7,041 bases of DNA from Octopus sinensis. Taxonomy: Eukaryota. A model generated the notes under the pieces. The model did not search any database. It had not been told where the DNA came from and worked only from the letters and a program-made list of their open reading frames with translations. Below, in pieces: positions 1 through 6,487 of the stretch; positions within the stretch are counted from its first letter, which is position 1, and every line of letters begins with the position of its first letter. The stretch spans positions 1 through 7,041 of the forward strand of contig NW_021829114.1 of NCBI RefSeq assembly GCF_006345805.1, written 5' to 3'. Both the position numbers and the translations under genes were made by a program.

Positions 1-409
1 CAAATTTGATTAAATAATCATTCAGAGTTATGAAAGGGTCAGTAGAACAACTAAGGAGGCAAGCCATTTGCCCTTACCTGCTTGTTGCCAACACGTCTTC
101 GGCTTTTAGGCCGACGCAGAGTAATCTGTGAAGGTATTTAATTAGTTGAAACAAATGATGAACAATCACCTCTCACACAGTTAAGACAGATTGAGAATCT
201 TAAAAAATAAAAGCTAAAATGAAATTTTACAAAAATAATCAATTCTCTTTTTCATTATCTCACCGATATTACAAACACACACAAACCAAAAACACTAATT
301 GTTTTAGGTACTTATGTAGTAATGAGCACACACAAACACCCTTTTGACCATCCAGCAGGACATCTATAGTGTACCAGCTGGAAAGAAGAGAGGGCAGCAT
401 CAGCACCAG

Positions 410-556
410 GCTGGTTCTCATTTACAGTTAAAGCTGTTTAGAGCAACATGAAATGAAGCACCTTGTCCAAGGAAACAATGCACCACTTACTCCAGAAGCT
501 GAACCCATAACATTGATATAAAACCCCAACAATCCCCTAACCACCAGGCCATATAC
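410..556 (-). mobile_element. Decayed tRNA-derived SINE (Pol III type 2 promoter head plus CORE-like central segment)
   Basis: The minus strand has an A-box-like TGGCCTGGTGG (551-541) and a B-box-like GGGTTCAGCTTC (506-495) about 45 nt apart. These are followed by TCCTTGGACAAGGTGCTTCATTTCATGTTGCTC, similar to the 'ccttgggcaag' SINE core. The 3' boundary is uncertain. Confidence 0.55.
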
Positions 557-684
557 ATATCCTCAAAATATTGCAGTTGATAAAATGTTTATTATTTTCT
601 CTGCTAGCTTATCAAATGTCTATGTATGACACAAAGAGGTGTGTGTGAGTGTAACATGTAACATGTTAAGGTGAATTTTGTTGA

Positions 685-908
685 TTAAATCTTTAGTATT
701 TAAACTGGCCATATTCAGTTCAAATATTCGACCTGTTTTATGTTCAAACTATCAAGATTTTGCCTCTCAAACCTACCCTATAATATCTTCTAAAAATAAG
801 CAATCACATCAGCAAAATCTCAAAGCTACAAGATAATGTATGATTATTTCAAAACAATGTGAATAAGCATTAACATTTGACAGAGTAATCTGAATGCTAA
901 AGGGTTAA
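685..908. mobile_element. piggyBac-type MITE (non-autonomous DNA transposon)
   Basis: TTAA occurs at 685-688 and 905-908. The right end reads CCCTTTAGCATT inward (904-893) and the left end reads ATCTTTAGTATT (689-700), giving a 12-bp terminal inverted repeat with 3 mismatches. A TTAA target duplication with a CCCT-starting TIR is typical of piggyBac. There is no ORF. Confidence 0.65.
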
Positions 909-1338
909 CAATTTAGGCAACCTAGTTGTCTGACAGTGACCATTTACTGGTTAATTTCAATGAAATATATCCACTTTGCCCTTGTCTTGTCTCGAGAGCA
1001 TTCATTGTCAACTTTATGCAATACTTACATGGTAAATAAATGAGAAACTAAATCAGGGAGGCCAAAAGAACTGAAGAATAAGAATTGAACTCTGCTGCAA
1101 AATTTATCAGATATATGCTAAAATCTCTGGTCCCATGTATACACATATATCCTTACCTAAGTAGACACAAGGTCAAACTGTACTCAAAATGAAGTGTTAC
1201 TAATTATAATAGCTGGCACCTTGATTCTAATTATTTAAATTTATGTCCAATATCATCAGACTGGATACAAAGGCACTTCATATCATGTCTGATGATCATG
1301 AACAAGATATTTAAGTGCCAGGTGATTATATATATATA

Positions 1339-1939
1339 AGCACAAGTGAGACCATAACCTTGCGGCCTATGCCAGGGGTGTAACCAGTCCACTTATGCGT
1401 ACCTTTCCTTCATTGGACACTAACCTCTGCTAGTGAAGACCTGTTGAGGTAAGTGAAATCGAAATCAAATTCGATAACTGGCAATCTGTTGCTAGTGGAG
1501 TGCTAAGAGTACCATACGAGTGAGATCATTGCCAGAGCAACAAGCTGGTCTACGTGCCGATGGCACATCAATAACACCATTCGAGCATGATCGTTACCTG
1601 CGTTGCCTTACTAGCATTTGTGCTGGTGGCACGTGAAAAAAAACATTTGAGCAAGGTTGTTGCCAGTGCTGCTGGACTGGCTCCTATGCAGGTGGTACAT
1701 AAAAAGCACCATTTGAGCGAGGCCATTGCTAGTACCATCTAACTGGCCCTTGTGCTGGTGGCACGTAAAAGCACCCACTACACTCTCGGAGTGGTTGACG
1801 TTAGGAAGGGGATCCAGCTGTAGAAACTCTGCCTGATCAGATTGGATTCTGGTGCAGCCATCTGGGTCGCCGGACCTCAGTCAAATTGTCCAACCCCAGC
1901 TAGCATGGAAAGCGGACATTAAACGATGATGATGTTGAT
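1339..1939 (+). mobile_element. 5'-truncated non-autonomous retroelement (SINE-like) with RTE-like 3' tail
   Basis: A GC-richer block flanked by (TA)n on both sides. It ends in CCAACCC..GCTAGCATGGAAAGCGGACATTAAAC followed by a (GAT)n tail, which from recall is an RTE-type 3' end. It contains internal 66-bp repeats and the segment GAGTGGTTGACGTTAGGAAGGGGATCCAGCTGTAGAAAC. No Pol III head is visible. Confidence 0.6.
1488..1790 (+). repeat. Degenerate 66-bp tandem repeat, about 4.5 units
   Basis: The motif GTGCYGGTGGCACRT starts at 1554, 1620, 1686 and 1752 (exact 66-bp period). ACCAT..GAG recurs at 1511, 1576 and 1708. Confidence 0.8.
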
Positions 1940-2026
1940 ATATATATACGTATGATTTCAAAAGTAAAATGTTTAAACATGTGTCGAAAGTAAATATTTG
2001 TTTACCTGCGTTAACTCCATTTTTTA

Positions 2027-2029
<3 letters not shown>

Positions 2030-2068
<39 letters not shown>

Positions 2069-2141
2069 CATATGATGTATATATGTATATATATTATATA
2101 TCTATATATATATATATATATCTATCTATATATATAATGTA

Positions 2142-2172
<31 letters not shown>

Positions 2173-2322
2173 TTAAGCTATATATATATATATAGGTAAT
2201 ATGTATATATATGATATATATATACAGATATATATATATAATGTTATAATGTATATATGTATAATACTATATATATATCTCTATATATATAGATAATAAG
2301 ATATGTATATATATAGTATATC

Positions 2323-2361
<39 letters not shown>

Positions 2362-2370
2362 ATATATATA
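2030..2370. repeat. (TA)n microsatellite, interrupted
   Basis: Directly visible alternating TA with occasional TG and TC interruptions. Confidence 0.95.
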
Positions 2371-2371
2371 C

Positions 2372-2555
2372 GGGCATGGCTGTGTGGTTAGGGATTGCTT
2401 TCTAGCTACATGGTTTCAGTTCAGTCCCACTGCGTGGCACTTTGGGTAAGTGTCTTCACTATAGCCCCGACTGACCGGAGGCTTGTGATTGAATTCGGTA
2501 GGTGGAAGTAACTGCCGTGTGTGCATATGTGCGTGTAGGTGCTTGTGCCTCTCCC
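2372..2555 (+). mobile_element. tRNA-derived SINE, 5' part
   Basis: A-box TGGCTGTGTGG at 2377-2387 and B-box-like AGTTCAGTCCC at 2418-2428, then CACTGCGTGGCACTTTGGGTAAGTGTCTTC (CORE-like). It trails into a degenerate (GT)n. It resembles abundant octopus tRNA-SINEs from recall. Confidence 0.75.
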
Positions 2556-2569
2556 AAAGAGAGAGAGGG

Positions 2570-2606
2570 TATATATATATATATATGTATATATGTAATA
2601 TATATA

Positions 2607-2638
<32 letters not shown>

Positions 2639-2639
2639 G

Positions 2640-2680
<41 letters not shown>

Positions 2681-2685
2681 GTATG

Positions 2686-2746
<61 letters not shown>

Positions 2747-2797
2747 ATATATATATATGTATATGTATGTATATATGTATATGTATGTTATATCTAT

Positions 2798-2836
<39 letters not shown>

Positions 2837-3910
2837 ATATATATATATGTTATAAATATATATATGTATAAAATATATATATATAATGTATATATATATA
2901 ATATAATATATATCTAATATATATTATATATGTATATTATATATATATATGTATATAAATATATAATGTATATAATATATATCTTATATATGTATGTATA
3001 TATATAGATATATATATATATATATAAATACATGTATATATCTATATATTATATATATGTATATATACATATATGTATAGATATATGTATATATATCTAT
3101 ATGTATATATATGTATATGTATCGATATATATATAGTATATATGTATATTGTATATATATATATATATGTATATCTATATATGTATATATATGTATATTT
3201 CTATATATATGTATATGTATATGTTATATATATATAATATATATATTATATATATATGTAATATGTATTATGTATATATAGTATGTATATATATGTATAT
3301 ATATGTATATATATATGTATATCTGTATGTGTATTATATATATGTATATATATGTATATATAATATATATCTATGTATATATATATATATATATGATATA
3401 TATATATATATATGTATATATATGTATATTATGTATATATATGTATATATGTATATATATATGTATATATATGTATATATATGTATATATATATGTTATA
3501 TCTATGTATATATGTATATATATTGTATATATGTATATATATATGTATATATATATGTATATATATATGTATATATTATGTATATATATATATATGTATA
3601 TAATATATATGCATATATATGTATATATATGCCATATATATATATTATATATATATGTATATATGTATATATATATGTATATTGTATATATATATGTATA
3701 TATGTATATCTATATGTATATATGTATATATATATGTATATATGTATATATATATGTATATATATATATATATATGTATATGTATATATATGTTATATAT
3801 ATATGTATATATCTGTATTATATGTATATATATGTATATATATGTATATTATATATCTAATTATATGTATATATGTATATATATGTATCTGTATATGTAT
3901 ATATATATAG

Positions 3911-3945
<35 letters not shown>

Positions 3946-4020
3946 GTATATATTGTATATATATATATATGTATATATGTATATATATGTATATATATGT
4001 ATATATATGTATATATATAT
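2570..4020. repeat. Long (TA)n/(TATG)n compound microsatellite
   Basis: About 1.45 kb of alternating TA with TATG/TATATG variants. It generates the spurious Tyr/Ile/Met/Cys/Val ORFs in the track. Confidence 0.95.
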
Positions 4021-4027
4021 TTTATAG

Positions 4028-4095
4028 AAGGAGCTTCTACAGGACTAGAACTGTTTCATTCAAAAGAAATCATCAGGAAGCTTTTTATGTACCTT
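4028..4095 (-). ncRNA. Type I hammerhead ribozyme-like motif (HHR-a)
   Basis: The minus strand reads AGCUUC-CUGAUGA-UUUC(UUUU)GAAU-GAA-ACAG(UUCUAGUC)CUGU-A/GAAGCU. Stem I is 6 bp, the core CUGAUGA/GAA is intact, stem III is 4 bp and the triplet is GUA. Predicted cleavage is between 4038 and 4037. The first pair of stem II is a U-U mismatch. Confidence 0.75.
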
Positions 4096-4132
4096 ATTTA
4101 CTGTGGTTACCCCGACTCAACCCGGGACCTAC

Positions 4133-4227
4133 TATATATATTATAGTATATATATATATGTATATATATATATATGTATATATATATCTATATATATATA
4201 TATATTATATATATATATATATATATA
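4133..4227. repeat. (TA)n microsatellite
   Basis: Directly visible; abuts the 5'-truncated LINE. Confidence 0.95.
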
Positions 4228-5220
4228 CAGGGCACTGTCTTGGGGCCACTGATGTTCATAGTGGCCCTTTCAGACATGCCTTCAGTTGCTACGATGACCA
4301 CCCTTGCTAGCTATGCAGATGACACAAAAGTCTCCCACGCAATACAAAACCCTGAAAATATTGCGCATCTGCAACATGAGCTGGACACAATATACAGGTG
4401 GGCTGAGGACAACAACATGCAGTTTAATGCAGGTAAGTTCCAGGCCCTGCGCTACTGGCACACAAAGGTAAACGACGTGAAGACTGGATACACTGGCCCA
4501 GGAAGAATTGCAATCCCTGAGTCAAAATCAGTGTGTGACCTGGGCATTGACATGAGCAATGATGCATCTTTCCAAGTGCATATTGCTAATCTGGTGATAA
4601 AATGCAGACGGCTAGCTGGATGGATTCTCCGAACTTTCAGAACAAGAGAGAAGGAGACACTGATGGTCCTATGGAAAACATTCGTCCTCAGCTGCTTGGA
4701 CTACTGCTCCCAACTGTGGTCACCACACAATATAAAACTAACAGCAGAACTCGAAGTAATTCAGAGAAGCTACACAAAGAAAATCCTCTCAATGCAAAAT
4801 ATCAGCTACTGGGAAAGACTGAAGGTATTAAACCTCTTCTCCCTAGAGCGGAGGCGGGAGAGATATGCGGTGATATACATCTGGAAAATCCTGGAGGGTC
4901 TTGTCCCAAACTTTGGCATTCAAAGTTACCCCAACCGCAGAACGGGGCGCCACTGCATGATGCCAAGGATTCCAACATCAGCATCAAAATACAGGTCCAG
5001 ATACTGCAACAGCTTGAGTTTCAGAGGACCACAGCTCTTTAACATCCTCCCTAAATGCCTGAGAGACTTACATGGTGTGGATGTGGGTTTCTTTAAAACT
5101 AAACTGGATCTCTTCTTGTTGGGAGTCCCAGATGAACCTACCTCACGACGGGAGACGCGGATGCGGGCAGCAGCATCGAACTCCCTTGTTGATCAAATGC
5201 CACGTATCAAATTAGTGTAG
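4228..5220 (+). CDS. Reverse transcriptase C-terminal half of a CR1-clade LINE ORF2 (5'-truncated, no genuine start codon)
   Basis: QGTVLGP motif at the start and YADD at 4312-4323. It also contains DLGI, LDYCSQLWSP, SYWERLKVLNLFSLERRRERY and the C-terminal FKTKLDLFL..PDEP. The frame is open for 330 codons. The track's Met at 4174 comes from microsatellite. Confidence 0.9.
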   Translation, partial: QGTVLGPLMFIVALSDMPSVATMTTLASYADDTKVSHAIQNPENIAHLQHELDTIYRWAEDNNMQFNAGKFQALRYWHTKVNDVKTGYTGPGRIAIPESKSVCDLGIDMSNDASFQVHIANLVIKCRRLAGWILRTFRTREKETLMVLWKTFVLSCLDYCSQLWSPHNIKLTAELEVIQRSYTKKILSMQNISYWERLKVLNLFSLERRRERYAVIYIWKILEGLVPNFGIQSYPNRRTGRHCMMPRIPTSASKYRSRYCNSLSFRGPQLFNILPKCLRDLHGVDVGFFKTKLDLFLLGVPDEPTSRRETRMRAAASNSLVDQMPRIKLV

Positions 5221-5293
5221 CTCATTCAGCGGTGGTGCCCCAGCATGGCCGCGGCCTTCGGGCTAAAACATTTTTAAGGATTTTAAGGATTTA
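4228..5293 (+). mobile_element. CR1-type non-LTR retrotransposon, copy 1 (5'-truncated, intact 3' end)
   Basis: The RT ORF is followed by a short 3' UTR (GGTGCCCCAGCATGGCC plus a stem-loop at 5253-5264) and a tandem tail of about 2.4 x TTTTAAGGA (5272-5293). It is embedded in TA microsatellite on both sides. Confidence 0.9.
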
Positions 5294-5343
5294 TATGTGT
5301 GTAATATATATATAGTATATATATATATATGTATATATATATA
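5293..5343. repeat. Short interrupted (TA)n microsatellite
   Basis: Directly visible downstream of the LINE tail. Confidence 0.85.
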
Positions 5344-5540
5344 AGTAGCTGAATGAATTCTCCTAGTATGGATAATTTGGTTAACCGATACACGGGTCGC
5401 AAATTCACGTCAGAAAACACGGTTGAAGCTACATGCCAAGGGCAGAGATCACGTGCTTTCGTGTGGAAATTTGTGTGTTTTTTTTAACTATAAATAAATG
5501 AAAGAATGGAGTTGAATGACGATTTAACAAAATTCCTTTA

Positions 5541-5623
5541 TTCTCGACATACGTTTCGAAGACTGCATATTCGTAATTCCGAAGGAATAAAGGGTGCATT
5601 ATGCCGCCTTCTTATCAGGAAAG
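5541..5623 (-). ncRNA. Degenerate minimal type I hammerhead-like motif with elongated stem II (HHR-b)
   Basis: The minus strand reads CUUUC-CUGAUAA-GAAGGCGGCAUA...UAUGCAGUCUUC-GAAAC(GUAU)GUC/GAGAA. Stem II has 12 positions (1 mismatch, 1 G-U), stem III is 2 bp and the triplet is GUC, with a predicted cut between 5546 and 5545. The core has G8>A with C3 retained, so it is probably impaired. Confidence 0.6.
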
Positions 5624-5714
5624 ACAAGGATCTTATGTCAGCATCATGACGAACAAAAACTTTTAGATGACTGCCCACACGGAGTCCATAGTGATAATGT
5701 ATATATATATATAT

Positions 5715-5849
5715 AACGTAAAGTATAAAAGCCATCTCAACATGGGCAACCACAAAGTGGGGGTGTTACTGTAGCTATTTAGCCCCAGGAGATCGACATC
5801 TCCAGCTGGCTTTAGACACACTTTGTTTGCCATTCAGGTATTTGTAAAG
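5715..5849. repeat. 135-bp direct repeat, copy A
   Basis: Ungapped match to 6073-6207 with 7 mismatches (about 95%); offset 358 bp. It is preceded by (TA)n at 5699-5714. Confidence 0.95.
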
Positions 5850-5873
5850 GGAAGCCATCCCTTCCTCGTAAGC

Positions 5874-5941
5874 CCTAGTGATACGCACCGGACTGCGGTT
5901 TCGAGATTATTGTCTCTTATCAACGGTCAGTAACCACCAGG
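5874..5941 (-). ncRNA. Minimal type I hammerhead ribozyme-like motif with U3-A8 core variant (HHR-c)
   Basis: The minus strand reads ACCG-UUGAUAA-GAGA(CAAUAA)UCUC-GAAAC(CGCA)GUC/CGGU. Stem I ACCG/CGGU extends through CUGGUGGUUAC/GUAUCACUAG. Stem II is 4 bp with a G10.1-C11.1 pair and the triplet is GUC. Predicted cut between 5891 and 5890. Confidence 0.8.
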
Positions 5942-6072
5942 TCACGATGAAAGGCAAGGCTTGCTTTGCAAATATATAAGAGATTTTCTAGTGACGTCTG
6001 CCACTGATTTCGAAAAACTGACTGTAAGCATTATTAAATCTCAGAGCGAGATATAAACAGTAACCGCTCAAC

Positions 6073-6207
6073 AACGTAAAGTATAAAAGCCATCTTAACA
6101 TGGCCAACCACAAAGTGGGGGTGTTATTGTAGCTATTTAGCCCCAGGAGATCGACATCTCCAGCTGGCTTTAGACACACTTTCTGTGCCCTTCAGGTATT
6201 TGCAAAG
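6073..6207. repeat. 135-bp direct repeat, copy B
   Basis: Ungapped match to 5715-5849 with 7 mismatches; abuts CR1 copy 2. Confidence 0.95.
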
Positions 6208-6211
6208 CGAG

Positions 6212-6487
6212 CTGGGTTTCAGAGGACCACAGCTCTTTAACATTCTCCCTAAATGCCTGAGAGACTTGCATGGTGTGGATGTTGGTTTCTTTAAAACTAA
6301 ATTGGATCTCTTCTTGTCGGGGGTCCCAGATGAACCTACCTCACGACAGGAGACACAGATGCGGGCAGCAGCATCGAACTCCCTTGTTGACAAAGTGCCA
6401 CGTATCAGAGGTGGATTCACATATTAGTGTAGCTCATTCAACGGTGGTGCCCCAGCATGGCCTTGGCCTTCGGGCTAAAACATTTTA
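6212..6487 (+). mobile_element. CR1-type LINE copy 2, short 3' fragment of the same subfamily as copy 1
   Basis: 6216-6407 aligns ungapped to 5018-5209 with 12 mismatches in 192 bp (about 94%). It has the same 3' UTR, ending GGCCTTCGGGCTAAAACATTTTA. Confidence 0.92.

Larger units (their letters stand above)
5715..6207 (-). mobile_element. Putative retrozyme / Penelope-like terminal-repeat-derived element (1.4-mer of a 358-bp unit carrying a hammerhead)
   Basis: Direct repeats with a 358-bp period enclose a hammerhead and show no credible coding capacity. The minus-strand 3' end runs into (TA)n. The element class is inferred. Confidence 0.55.

Noticed and set aside
91-120. Hairpin TCGGC-TTTTAG-GCCGA with vaguely hammerhead-like flanks on the minus strand
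   Set aside because: The flanks read CUGCGUC and GAAGAC rather than CUGANGA and GAAAC, and no stem I is found. At best this is an unrecognisably decayed relic.
1-410. Possible host exon or promoter in the unique-looking AT-rich start of the window
   Set aside because: There is no ORF, convincing splice context or regulatory signature that I can support from sequence alone.
1252-1305. CTGATGA motifs on both strands forming a 10-bp inverted repeat (1252-1261 / 1287-1296)
   Set aside because: Neither motif is followed by a stem II and GAAA, so neither is a hammerhead. A single 10-bp inverted repeat is plausible by chance in AT-rich DNA.
1488-1790. Regularly spaced repeats resembling a CRISPR array
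   Set aside because: The whole 66-bp unit is homologous and degenerate with no unique spacers. There are no cas genes and the context is a eukaryotic retroelement.
1969-4310. Long Tyr/Ile/Met/Val/Cys-rich ORFs (76-253 aa) in the ORF track
   Set aside because: They are translations of (TA)n/(TATG)n microsatellite, which lacks stop codons in several frames; there is no protein-like complexity.
4602-5042. Alternative-frame ORFs over the LINE copies (4602-5042 +, 4802-4987 -, also 6133-6420 - and 6270-6794 +)
   Set aside because: These are shadow frames of the RT coding sequence with no recognisable motifs.
5538-6179. Minus-strand ORFs 5538-5753 and 5988-6179 as peptides of the ribozyme element
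   Set aside because: They are short, cross repeat and microsatellite boundaries and show no domain similarity I can recognise.
6185-6427. 80-aa ORF as an independent small gene
   Set aside because: It is a chance in-frame fusion of direct-repeat copy B to a 5'-truncated CR1 fragment, and the listed start is not an ATG.
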